Below are positions 32,911 through 46,548 of a stretch of 64,000 nt of DNA, piece after piece. Position numbers and translations under genes: made by a program. The stretch's first letter is position 1. Every line of letters starts with the position of its first letter. Below the pieces are notes generated by a model, which was not told where the DNA came from, searched no databases, and saw only the letters and a list, made by a program, of their open reading frames with translations. This DNA is from Paragordius varius (Eukaryota; Animalia; Nematomorpha), in NCBI GenBank assembly GCA_964247055.1, contig OZ176053.1, positions 186,001 through 250,000 on the forward strand. Direction: 5' to 3'.

Positions 32911-33111
32911 CAGTATGAGTAATAAGTATACATTGCTAGAAAGTTATTAATTATTGCCAAATAGCACATATACAACAAAGGGGGCAGTATTATTAACTTG
33001 TGTTTATATTTTTCACTTTTTACTAGTATAAGCCAATAATGATTCTCTTTGCTGCATATGCTATTCAGCAATAATTTATAACTTTCTAGCAATATATACT
33101 TATTCATACTG
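32911..33111. mobile_element. Tc1-type MITE family C
   Basis: TA|CAGTATGAGTAATAAGTATACATTGCTAGAAAGTTAT ... ATAACTTTCTAGCAATATATACTTATTCATACTG|TA. A shortened relative lies at ~53025-53105. Confidence 0.75.
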
Positions 33112-34515
33112 TAATTTTAAATAGACATTTTGTTTCAAAACGACTCTAATCTTCCTTTACAAAAATTTTAAAAATACTGTATTATAAAGTTTTAGGTCTA
33201 GACCTGGTAAAATATTTGGTAAATAAGATAACTTTAAGGTCATTTTGCATCTTATATATGAAACAAGTTCGAAAAAAATAGTTTTCAGAATTTTGAAATT
33301 ATATTTAAATGCAAATCCATGCACTTAATTTAACATATATTTGGGGTAGTTTTATACCCCAGAACGAATAGATTCAAATATCTTAAAAAAAGTATTTAAG
33401 GTATAGGCCGAATTTAAAAATATGCTTTCTTTAGTCTTTTAGGTGCATTATCCAAATTTTTTTTTTTAAAAATGCGCAATTGTAAAAAAATCCTCATCTC
33501 AAACTTTTTTTTAATAATTTTTTTGAATCGTTATTGCAACAGGTAATATAAATGTATATTATGGTTAGAAAATGTAAATAATTAATTTTAAAAAGCTTTC
33601 AGGGTTCAGCATTTTACCAGCAAAAACTAGATATATAGATTCAGTTTTAAGTCAGCTGTTCGTTTCAATTTGTTTTAGAACTGTCCCAACAATATAAGAC
33701 TATGTAAGTCTTAATATAAAAAATAAAAGCTTTTTTAGCTAATATATGAGAGACCAATGTTTGGTAATTAAATTTTAACCAATAATGTTGTTTATTTGCA
33801 AAATTGATTATTTTTTACCACAGATCCATGGGTATAAAGAATGGAATGTGCCGTAATATTATTTAAATTTATATTTTCAGATCGATGTTTCCTATCTCAA
33901 AACTTCAGAAGTTATTTAAGCATTTTTTCATCTTTTTCATATTTAGCCAAAATCTCATAAACGGATACGCATATTATGAAACATTACAAACTGTAAAATA
34001 AAAGTCTTATTAATAAAGTGAATAAAAAAAAGAAAACTTAATTTAATATTCAGCATTTTCAACAATTGTTTAAATATCAACAATTGTTGAATTGCATATA
34101 TTTTCTTTTTTTAAAATATTTTTTGATTCCAACAATAGCGTTTTCTCCCCCTATCAAAGTAGAACGAAATTAAGCCCAATAAACCCATGCATACAATATT
34201 GAATAACGGTGATAACAATATCGTAATTGGCAAATAAATAAATTATCAAATACCATATTAATTTATGATTTTTTTCTCCGTAAAATGATTTTAAAAATCT
34301 ATGCTGATCATATATAAAATCATATTTGGTCAGAATAAAATATCAATTTTTTAGCTTTAAATTGTGATACATAAAAATTTTTTAATCAGTAATGTACAAT
34401 TATTATAAATTTATTCAAAATCAAAATAACTATATAGATATATTTTAACAAATAATTCCTAAAGCTCATAAAAAATGTATAGTATCCAAAAAAATTGAGT
34501 AGATATCTATATTTA

Positions 34516-37500
34516 TCATTTAGTTTTAGCTGAATTGGTAGTAGTTGGACCAGCCTTTCGAGATTGAATAATTTTGCTAATCTTATTCCATTCTTGATCC
34601 AATTTCATTTTTTCATCTTTGGGACCTGTTCGACGTGTTTTACGGCCAGCATTCATTTTAACTCCGTATTGAAATGCGGCTCTATTGAGAAAATAAATTT
34701 TTTTAAAAAAAGCGTTAAAAATGCATAAAAAAACTATAAAAGATTGTTGACTAAGATTTTTTTATAGTTTTTTTGGTAGACAATTTTACAGTAAAATTGA
34801 GATATATGCCTAAATAAAAAGTAAATAAATTCAGTAAAAGAAATTATACGGATAAAACGCAAAAATATAAAGACAAATATTTTTTTTAACGAAAGACAAC
34901 CATATTTTTTTAGATCTCATTTTTTTTACATAAATATTATTACCATTGAAAAATATAATAATGATAGTGTTACTAATACACATCTCTATTTATCACATTA
35001 AAATTTTAAACAATGAGTTATAATAAAAAAATTGAGATTAAAAAGTATGGTTGTTATTTTGCAAAAAATATTTGTTTGTATGTTTTTACGTATTGACCGT
35101 ATAATTTCAATTTCTACTGAGGTCTTCAAATAAAAAATATATAGAGGAAGTGAACTTTAAAATTATTTATTTTAAAAGTTTTACAGTAAATTTTGAAATT
35201 ATACTGACAAAAATCAAAAATATAAAATGTTTTTTCTAAAAGACAACCAAACTATAAACTTCATTTTTAAAAGATAACTCATTGTTTCAATTTCAAAATA
35301 TGAAATTGATATGTATATTAGTTACACAATCAATCATATATTTTACAATTGTAATTATATAATTTATATGAGAAAAATAAAGGTTTATATAAGTTTGGTT
35401 GTCTTTTAGAAAAAAATATTTCTTCATATTTTTATTTTTTGACCGTATAATTCAATTTTTACTGAGGTCTTCAAAAAAAAATATATATAGAAGAAATAAA
35501 CTCTAAAAATTATTTAATTTAAAAAGTTTTTGCAAAAAAATGTAATTTATATATTTATGTACTTTGGAAGTGCTTCTTTCTTTGACATATAAGTGGAATA
35601 TTCTTCGGCTGTATCGAAATCCCAACGACCAACTGGACCCTTTTTATTACCCAAATCCATTTTTGTGAAATCAACCTATATATATATACACACATATATG
35701 AAATTAGGTATCAAAGTTTATATTTTTAAATTTAATTTATGAAAAAAGCATGAGAAATAAATTGATTTTATAATGATTTTAACACAAACTCTATGGCATA
35801 AAAAAAATAAAGGGCAAATATGCCCAACAAGTCATCAATTTGCAAAATTATGCTGGTAAAATCTTAGTAAAATTGATATGATTTAAACAAGGTATATTTA
35901 AATTTTAGCCAATTGGCATAAACAAGAAAACATTGTTATGATGTGCAATCTGAAGTTTGAAAAACTAATCAGTAATTAATGAATAAAATTTTTGAGTTAA
36001 AAATGCGGCGCCGCGCATTTGGTTGGACACCACTAATTAAACTCTTATGTAACCTTATCCCTCTTTAATTTAGGAAAAATATTATTAAATTTCTGAACAC
36101 TGATCCATAAATGAACTCTTGATAGGGTAAAAAATTTTTTTTGTCAAAATTTAATTTAAACTCAACACTTTTTTACATCTTAAAGCCGATTTATAATAAT
36201 TTGTAATGCTAAATTTCTATTTTTATCCTTTTTGTTTCAAAATTTAAGCACATGTTTTTTCTTTAAATAACTTTTTTCTTAATTTAAAAACTTAAAATTT
36301 AAATATTTTTTACGCAAAAAAACCATTTTTTTCGCATTTAAGATAAAATTTCAAAAAACCTCTTCATCACTATCGTAAACGGCTTCAACGCTATCATGAT
36401 AGCCCAAATTTATATTTTGTTTTTGCTTTAACTTTTATTTTAAATTTTTATGTGTTTAAATTATATTTACTAAAAAATCTCATTCTTTTGCTGATATATT
36501 TCAGACCAAAAACAACTTTTTTCATCTTAAAGCCGATGAATGATAATTTGCAATGGTAAATTTCTATTTATATCCCTTTTGTTTTTTAACTCACATATTA
36601 TACAAAAAAAACTCTTTTTTTTAACTTTAATAAAAAAATATTTAACTATTTTACGCAAAAAACCATTTTTTTCTTAAGCATTTAAGGTAAAATTTCAAAA
36701 GTACACTACACCTCTTCATCACTATCGTAAACGGCTTCAACGCTATCATGATACCCTGGATAGCATTCTGCATAAGTATTGTTCGAGGCCAGGGCTAAAG
36801 AAAGTTGGTCTTTACCCCCAGATTTGGTTTCTTTCACAAGGGCCATATATCTAAAATTACAAATGAAAAAAAAAAGTTTAAAAATTCAAGTTTAAAAAAT
36901 TATTTTTGATTACTTAAATTTGTAGAAGCAATAATTAGGGTTAATTAAATACTTTAAACTATTTATTTATTCTTTAAAAAAATAAATGAAATATATGTAA
37001 TTTTAGCATGTTAATTAAAAAACCATGAGAATTCCAAAAACATAAAACCATAGATAGGTTAAATAGCAAATAATATAATCTTTTTAGAGTTAAAGTAGTA
37101 TGTTTTCACAGGGATATATCATGAAAATGATATCTCATAATATTTAGTTCACTATATATATAAACTCATAAAAATGAAAATAAAAGTAAAACAAAACGAA
37201 TTTTTCATCGACAGAAAAAATTGCAAAAAAATTAAATTTCTAATATTTTTTTAAAGAATTCAAACCTTTGATCTTTTTCATTGGCTCCAGGCTTGGCATT
37301 AGTATTATCAATCTACGATATACATATATCATAAGCAATTATTTCCAATATATTTTCTTGCAATTCACTCTTTGAAAAATTATCATGGAAATTACATTAA
37401 TAAAATTTTAAAAAATCTTCAAATTCAATTTAATTAATAATCTTGAAAATCAAACCTTGTAAATTATCATTATTTCAATTTATAAACTTTAAAGTATTCC

Positions 37501-40500
37501 ACTTTATAATAACATTAAACCTACTTAGCAAATTCACTTAATTTTGATTTTTCATAATAAAAACCTTATATTTTTGTCCAATCGTTTGAATCATACGCAT
37601 AGTAGATTGATAAATATCTTGCTTATTATTATTACGATTATTGTTAATTTCATCATGGCCATTTTCAAAAGAAGATGACGTGTTTTTAACGTTAGAATTT
37701 TCATTTTCATTATCATAGAGTGTAGAAATAGATTGTTCTAGATCAATATTAATATTAGCATTTTCTGGAGAATTGGTTATGGCTACTGATGTCCCCATAT
37801 GTAAAAATCCAGCATTTTCAGCAAAATAATTTGTTTTAGATCCCTGAGACGTAGTTTTAGTTCCTTCAGCAAAACGAACCTATAATATATATAGATATAT
37901 ATATATATATATTTATAATCATCCCGTAAAAAAATATGTTTTATAATCATTCATAAGAATTTTTTATTTTTAAACATTAGACTTATAGCTAATATGATAA
38001 ATTTTAAGACAACAATTAGACATCAAAAGGAAATAATAAGAATTAAAAATAAAAAAAATACATTTTCTCCTAGGATAAATGCATTAGTTTATCCATTTAC
38101 ACGTCGCCTTATAGTGTATTCATAATATAATCAAAAACATCCAATATAAAATTATTAATTCTAGGATTACGAAACAAGCACACCATATTTAATTTGCTAC
38201 AACAGGTGATGTTTATAATTAAAAAATGTAAAGCTTAATCTTGAATACTTTTGTTTTAAAAACTAAGTTTTAAACAAAAAAACTCCATTTATTCAAGCAA
38301 AAACAAATAATTCTAATATTTCCTTCAATTTGCAAAACTTTTTAGAAACTTATATTTCAAATGTTGAAATCTGAAATATTTTTTCAAAAAACTCTTTATA
38401 CCCCCTTTTTATGGAGTTGGTATTGTGAAGCTGTTTTTGCCTGTTGTTGTCGAGCCTTTTGCAAAGATGTTTGTCGCATTTTGATATCTGGAGCTACGTA
38501 ATCCCCAATATCCCCGTAAATACTGTCATCTATTTTATTACTCATTTTCTTTGCATGTTCTTGTGTTGTTGAATCATAATCTATAAAAATTGCCGTTTGA
38601 AATAAAACATATTACAGTCATGTATCCTTTATTTTATCAAAAATTTATTTATTTTTTTCCGTTAAATGGGGGTATAAATGGATTTGGTAAAGAATGGAAA
38701 ACACAAGAGCTCTATGGTATTAATTAACAGTATCATTTTCATGAAATAAGAAGAATTACCATAGAGCTCTGTTTTTTCCATTCTTTACCAAATATTTATA
38801 CCCCCATTTAACGGAAAAAAAATAAATAAATTTTTGATAAAATAAAGGATACAGGACTGTATTATTAGTTTTAGTATTAAAATATTTTTTTTTCGCATCA
38901 TAAAATATTAAAAAGTTTTTGACTTTTGAAAAATTAATTTTATATATATTTCGACACCAAGTTTATACAAGTTATTTTGTCCTTAAAAAAAGAAAAGTAT
39001 TCTAAATAGGAAAATAACTAAAATGTATGAATATCCTAACATATCAAGAAAAAAAATATATCATTTGCTAATTTATTTTACGTTTAGTTTATAATCTTAT
39101 TTCAATTTTATCGCCTTATATATTTTTAGATTTTTACCGGGTAATTTTATTAATTAGTGTTATTGAACTCAAATAATCAACATAAATTTTAGATTAGGTC
39201 AATAAATAAGGATTATATTAAACACGAGATAAAAACTCCAAGTATTTTATAAACGAATGTTCATAAAATAAATATTAAATATAAAAACGTTTCTTTTTGT
39301 GCGTTTTCGTAGAGTTGCCAGTATTGTAAAGTGAGGAGGCACGCATCCCTTGACGCAAATAAGCCAAAATTTGGGTTAATTTTGCCACAACTATATCATT
39401 GGTTGTCATGTTAGTTTGGGCCTAAAAATATAAAAAAAAACTATAAAAAATAAAAATTTATGCATATATAATCAATCGAATTTATATAAAAAAGTTTAAA
39501 ACTAAGTTTAATGATAATTTAATCGCCTATTTCTAAATCTGTATTAAACCAGTATCTTTTTTAAATAACTAACTGAAAAACATATATTTATGCGTTTTTG
39601 ATTAGTTCATTCCAAAAAAACTTAAAAACATAAAAATATCTGAAAATAATCAAATTTTTTAAATATATTCAATATCACATACACTATTTAACAAAATCAA
39701 CATTAAGTATTTTATATAAAAAAACTTAAAAATTTTTTTAAAAAGTTTAAAAAAAGTATAAATTTATTTCATACATCAGGTAAGGGGCATTCAGCTTTAC
39801 TGCGAAGGATTGTGGTCGGCACTTCATTGTATTTAAACCAAAGAGCCATAGATTGAGGCCCTTCAAGAATTTGACATTTTCGATTTCCCACGTTTTCAGC
39901 GTCCATTTCTATTCAATAAAATTAATTTCAAAATCTTGCTTAATATATAAATATATATATTTGAAATTTTTTCTTTTGATAATATATATACCATTTACGA
40001 TTCAAATTTACCCTTGAACGATTCAAATTCACCCTCAAACAATTCATATTCACCCTCGAACAATTCAAATTCACCCTCGAAAATTCAAATTCACCCTTGA
40101 ACAATTCAAATTCACCCTTGAACGATTCAAATTCACCCTTAAACAATTCAAATTCACCCTAAAAATAAATTATGCGATAATATAGCTCATCATCATTATT
40201 AATACACAAAACATATCTTTATGACAGTTTATTTTTACAGTATTTAGATTTTAATTTTAAACAAAATTTCATTTTTTTTAAAATATATATATATAAAAAT
40301 ATAGGTAATTTTTAATCTTAAGAAACACATAATTTATTCTAGGGTGAATTTGAATTGTTCGAGAATTTGAATTGTAAATGGTATATAAAGTAACCGAATA
40401 TTATTAATGTATAATATTTATAGTGCAAATAATTATAGTTATCGCCTACTAAAAAACAATTCTAGCAAATATTTTTTATATAGATTAGTCAAAATTGGAT

Positions 40501-43427
40501 AATTTGATTAACACATTCCTTTACTAATCAAATAACATATAAATTAAAGACAATAGGGAAACGCAAACCTTTATTAACTCCTTATGATAAAGGATTATCA
40601 AATTCAAGTGGCATTAAAAATATTCTTATGGAACCAACGTATTATAAAAAACGCATTAATATAATTATTTTTCCTACTTAAAAGTCAGCTTGCAAAATAT
40701 GGTTTTTTTCCAAAAACACATCTTTAAAATTAATAATCCCACTAATGTGTGTAATAAATCAAAAGTCAAATATAATTTTTTCGATAATTAAAAACCTACC
40801 ACTTTGCCCCATTTCACAATTTTCTTTAGAATACTCTTGCAATTCCTCATTTTCTTCAGATTCATCGTTTTGAGGATAGTTATAATAATAAGTTTCATCA
40901 ATTTCTGGTATGTTTGAGGGTGGAAATGATTCAGAATTCATTAGGAGATCACTTGATCTAGTGGAATTAATCTTGACAGAGGGCGTATTAACATTGGTGA
41001 GGGGGAAAGAATATGCCATACGCCTTGGAGCAGCAAATAACTCATAAACAGCTGATAAGCTTTGTACCGAGGTGGCAACTTTTGCACTATTTTGTGAATA
41101 AGGTTGATGTTGACTTTCAACTGGTAAGCAAAATAGGGTTCGACATATGCTTTTTGCTATATTATAAAAGAGTAAAATATGTAATATTAAGATGTTTGTT
41201 AATTAATAATAAGTATTTTATTTATAATAAAAACTATTAATAACGTATTTTATTTCAATTTTCCTAAAATGATAACCATACTTTAACTTATCGTTTTGGA
41301 TTGCAAATAAAGGTAGATTCAATTTATTATACTGTAAAAATTGTTTAAATCAATGGTTTATATGTATAACAAAAACATGATTTAAAAAGTATGGCTCTTT
41401 TGAGGTAAAAAAACATTTGTCTTGTTTTGCGCCTGTATATAATTTCAGTTTTAAGTTTGGGTTGATAAAAAAATACGATGGCTAAAATTTTTATTTATTT
41501 TGTAAAAAAGGTGTCGAAAGTATATAATAACCCATCTTAGTTAAGTATTAAATGAATCTCAATTAAATTTTTCCAAAGACGCAACTATACTTTTTGAAAA
41601 AACACTTTATCCTATAAAAATTAGTTAATTACAATCGTAGTATATATAATCCATTAATTGTGTCACCAATTGACATCTCTACTGTTTAATACTTTGCAAT
41701 TTAAAACAATGAGAATTATATATAAACAAACCAAAAAATTTAAAAAAGCACAGCGGTAGTCTTTTAAGAAAAAAATATTTGTCTTTAGATTTTTAGGTTT
41801 TTTTTTCTAAATTTTCAATTACTATAACAGTAAGCATTTTAATGATTGCTTATTTCACTCTATAGTTGAGCAATTTACAATATACAGTATTGTATGGAAA
41901 AACGCAACAAAATGTTAAATAAACAATTTTTTCTAAAGTCCTCTGTTAATTGCCCAACTATAATAAATTAACAACCATTAAAATGCATATTTTATATATA
42001 TTGCGTCTTACTTACCTAAAGGGTTATGTATAGATCGACCCACAGATGGGCCCAAAGCCCTACATAATTCATCAAGCGAAGGTTGAATATTACTTTGTTT
42101 GCTTAGTGACGATTGCGTTTTTCCATGCAAACTATAAACATTACAAAAAGAATTAAAAAAATTGAAATAAAATTATAAAGACAAATATTTTTTTTGCTTT
42201 GGAAAAGATAACCTATATACTTTTTTAAATCTTGATTTTTTTTTTTTATTATGCATTTAACAATTGTAATTACATGATGTTTATAAGATAAATTAAGGTT
42301 TAAAAAAGTATGGCTGTGTCTTTTTAAAAAAAATTTTTTGTCCTTATATTTTTTAAGTTTTGTCCATAGTATGTATAATTTCAATTTTTACTGTAATATT
42401 GACTAATTATAAAAGAAAATAGCACATATATTGTTAAAAATACATTACTGAAATGATCAAAGGAGGCGCATAATAAATTGGTTATTAGTAAAAAATTAAA
42501 AAAATTCAATCGCTTATTATCCTACAAAGGGCTTATGTATTTACTCAAACAAGATATAATATGGGGTTATAGAACATTAACATTATAACTCAGATAAAAT
42601 AAATTATTTAAAATTAAATTAAAAAAAATAAGTTGTTTTATAAATAATATAATTAATTGTCTATACTAGAGGCTTAGTTTAAAAAACTTTAGAGGTTACT
42701 TTATTCAGGATACCTTATATTTACAATGCAATTTAAATTTTTTTCACTACGCAACATTTTAGGTTTTTTTAAATTTAAAAACGACAAATTTTTTAAAAAA
42801 ACTTTCGTAATAAAAATAAATATAATTTCTAAAAACTTTTAAAATAAAAAAAAAATTACATTTTTTCAAGGGCGGGTTTTTTAGCATGCGTAAATAGGGC
42901 CGAAGTTTTGGGTTTTATTTTAAGAGTATCATGTCCTCCTTTATCCAACAAAGCATGGCGACTATTAATTGTATGATTTTTGCTAATCGGGAAATTATAT
43001 ATAAAAAAGTTAAAAAAATTAAAAAAAAAATTTTTAAAATAGATATAGTTTTATTCCAAAAAAATATATAAGAAATAAATTTTAAAAAATGGTTTTTATT
43101 TAATTGAAATATAAAAAAAATAAACTCTCAAAAATGGTTTTTAGTCAATTAAAATGAAAATATAATGAAGAGCAATAATAATTTTAAAGTTTTTGCTAAT
43201 TAAAATTTAAATTAAAAGCAAAAAACAAATATTGAATGCATGGATATTGTTAATTGAAATATAAAAATATAAAATTAACATGAAAAAAAAATTCATATAG
43301 AAAATATTTTTAGAAAAAAGAGGGCATCGGTTAGCTGAAGGAAAATGTTTATAGTTTCGGTTTTTCCCCTTCAATAAAAAATTATAGATAGCCCAATTAT
43401 TTTGAATGTTAATATATGACCAAAATA

Positions 43428-43470
<43 letters not shown>

Positions 43471-43660
43471 AAAAAATAAAAGCGACATTTTTGTGAAATA
43501 ATTTATAAATTTATATATATATAAAAAAAAGTTAACATTGTATTACAAAGAAATAAGAATTAAAAAATTACATATAATTCAAAAGCGTTTGAAACCGCGG
43601 TTCAAATAATTTTACAGATTTTTATTGTAAAAAAAAGATTTTAGTACAGCTATAATAAAT

Positions 43661-43729
<69 letters not shown>

Positions 43730-46483
43730 TCAATTTTCATGGTAAAACCAGTATCAACGCTTGCAGATTCTGTCTGATTAACCATATCATCACCTATGAA
43801 ACAAAAAACATAATTGAAATATATTTTAATATAACTAACTAATTATTTTCTCTTAAATATAAATTCTTCTTTGCATAAGAAGCTTTTATATTTCTATTTA
43901 ATTAGGGAAACGGTTTTGATTTATTATTTATACAAACAGAAAATACAAACATATATAACAAAATTTAACAATCCTAAAATCATTATTTTATGGATTTCAA
44001 TAAAGAAAAAACGCATTTTTGTCGTTATTTTTATTTAAAAAAGATTATTCTAGCATTTTACAAAATGTATCCAAAAAATTATGACTATATGTGTATATCT
44101 AAAAAAAACCTACCCGTTAAAAGTGCTGCATCAGCTGTGTTTTCAGTGCCGTCAGCTGATTTTGGGTTTGTCGTGGTTAGCGCGGGAAAAAAATCACCCG
44201 CTTGTCTATTCTTTTTATCATGGGAAAGTTCACTCCGTACTTTTTGCAGAAGGGCATAATCCAACCCCTTGACTAAATGAGTGTGTTCCATATCCCCGCC
44301 CAAATATTTGGATTCCTGAATCAGCTGTTTCCTTCGCTCAGCCGCACCTTCAAAAGTGCGAGCATCTGGTGCAACGGCCCGGTAGCCAGCTGATGAAGCA
44401 CCTACAATCACTTCCTCAGTTGTCTGTGGAAAATGAAAATATAAATTTTTAAAAAAAATTAGAAAAATATTGATAATTTGAAAAAAATTAATCAATTACT
44501 AAAAAAAATTATATTCAAACTTAGAATTAAAGATATTATCATGGGTTTGTTAAATATCTAATAGTATGGATTTAAATTTATGTTGAGAGAAGTCAAAATA
44601 TAAATATTATATTGTTATATAAATAGATTAAAAGGCCTCTGAAATATGTAATATTTAAAACATAAATAAGGTCCTTAAATATACAAATTTCTGACAAACT
44701 ATTTTTCATGCCAGATAAAACAGTTATAAAAAATCTATCCATGTATAAATAAACATTCCAACCGTTATTTTTTTTAAACCATCGGTCATTCAAAAAAAGA
44801 TTTCATTCAAAACTTTAATTTTTTTAAAAATTAGTTTTTATAAACATCCCACCTGATAATCAGGGTTTTCGCCCTCCCTACGTTCTTTAGCTCGGTCTCG
44901 GTACTTATTTTCTAGCATTTTGTTTCTGTCCACCTCTTCCTTAGCAAGTTTGGCATAATACATTTTCCGTTTTTTGCGTTCATTCATGGAATGCGCATCA
45001 GCTGATTTATTTTCAGCTGTTGTGCCACCATCTGTTTCAGTTTCATCTGTGGCGAATGAAACACGTTTATTGCCTGGCGTTTTATGATTCTTGTTGTGAT
45101 CACTAACCACAGTAAAATGTTTTATAAAGATGAATTATATAAAGTATTTTTTTTCTGATATTTTAAAACCTTGATTTTTTATGAAAGAATAGATTTCGGG
45201 GCGTTTTTGTATCATAGACTTAGATCTATTATATTTAAAAGTTTTACAAATCTCGTGATATAATTTAAGTCAATCCACTTAAAAAATGAAACTTTAAGTC
45301 AATACTACTCAAACCGACTAAATTTTTCTAGCCACAGATTTTGCAAGAATATTTAAATTTTATTATGTATGTCTTTGGCAAACACAATATTACATATATA
45401 AATTAGTGCCAATAAGATAAGATGCAAGCATTTCGCCATTTTATTATATATAATGTGATACTTGATTAAGCTTATTTATATACCGCAACATTTTTTTCAG
45501 TCAATTTCAACATTTTTTCAAGAAAACGAAACATTTTCAAGCAAAGACTTATGAAAAAATGTTGCGTTTGTTTATAAATATGTTGTCTGGTAAATCTTGT
45601 GGCCCGCACTTTAAACAAACATTTTAAAGGGAACCGCAAATTTTCTTAAGGTGTATAATTATCTATTAGATTTTTTTCCAGTTACACATTAACATCTTTA
45701 ATATAAAGAGCCCTCAATAAAAAACAACAAACCATTGATTTTTAAATCTTTTATAAACGATAATATGCAATTGAAATTAATTGAATTTCACATACACAAT
45801 TTATTTAGAGGCCAGTATTTTTAGCGTAATATAAAACAAAAATGGTTAAAGTGATTTTGAATATAAAAATTTTTATACATTTTTTGAATATGATATTTTT
45901 AATGTTATCTCGTATATCATCTTTAAAATTATCTAAATGATTCTGCAGCCAGCGAGAAATTTAAAAAATACCAAGCACAAAATTTTAAAATTAAAAAAAA
46001 GTACTTTCAGATATAATATTGATACTCCTTAAACTAATTTGGGCAATCAAATAGCAAAATCGAATAGTAGTTTAATGTCAATTTTTAAATCAGAATGCTG
46101 CTCACAAAGCTATTTGTATTAAACACCCCTGATCTAGAATATTTAAATTTAAAATACCACCTCTGATGTGGAAAACTATCTTAAAAAATAAAATGTTAAA
46201 AACCCTTTAATGAATAGAACAATAAATACAAAAAGTCTAGATTTTATATGAAAATGTTAAATTAAAAAGAGAATATAAATAAGATAGAAACATATATGAA
46301 AAGGATTAAAAAAAACTTGTGTTTGTCGCTATGCCTTCGTTCCTTAGTTGTGTTTATAAGTTTCCTAAAATCCTCATTAGTAAGTTTAGCAGCCGCCGAT
46401 TTATCGTTTTCCAATTCTTCCTTGGTGAGTAAAACTAAAATATTATTTGAAATCACTCAAAAAAAATTACCTTCTGTTACCAT
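34516..46483 (-). CDS. IK: Protein Red / IK (spliceosomal B-complex factor), 15 coding exons, ~817 aa
   Basis: Exons 46483-46471, 46434-46317, 45102-44853, 44423-44114, 43793-43730, 42131-42016, 41156-40800, 39908-39775, 39421-39289, 38580-38402, 37879-37565, 37312-37266, 36850-36712, 35675-35563, 34681-34516. Motifs KLTNEDFRKL, KYRDRAKERR, ESKYLGGDMEHTHLVKGLD, TNDIVVAKLTQILAYLRQG, YAECYP, GNKKGPVGRWDFDT, EALPKAAFQYG. Confidence 0.93.
36160..36760 (-). repeat. ~350-bp tandem duplication carrying the last ~43 nt of IK exon 13 plus a GT donor
   Basis: CCTCTTCATCACTATCGTAAACGGCTTCAACGCTATCATGATA occurs at 36359-36401 and at 36711-36753, with matching upstream intronic flanks. Confidence 0.9.
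38615..38859. mobile_element. Tc1-type near-perfect foldback MITE family B, copy 1
   Basis: TA|CAGTCATGTATCC..., ~100-bp arms around a ~35-bp loop, ending GGATACAGGACTG|TA. Confidence 0.85.
39987..40385. mobile_element. Foldback element with 21-bp tandem repeats (about 8 left, 2 right)
   Basis: TATACCATTTAC ... GTAAATGGTATA termini; unit AATTCAAATTCACCCTTGAAC. Confidence 0.75.
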
Positions 46484-46548
46484 TGCTTTTTTCTTTGAAA
46501 AGATGACCGTGCAAAAAAGGTGGATATATCTGATACCTTCTTCTCTCA

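Noticed and set aside
39940-40146. Repetitive ORFs here and at 49978-50274 (FKFTLEQ, NNSNSP, RVNLNCS)
   Set aside because: Translations of the stop-poor 21-bp repeat in several frames, inside introns.
44386-44400. CTGATGA as a hammerhead core
   Set aside because: Lies in IK coding sequence, with no stem II or GAAA at the proper spacing. The same applies to the hits near 900, 23680 and 31570.
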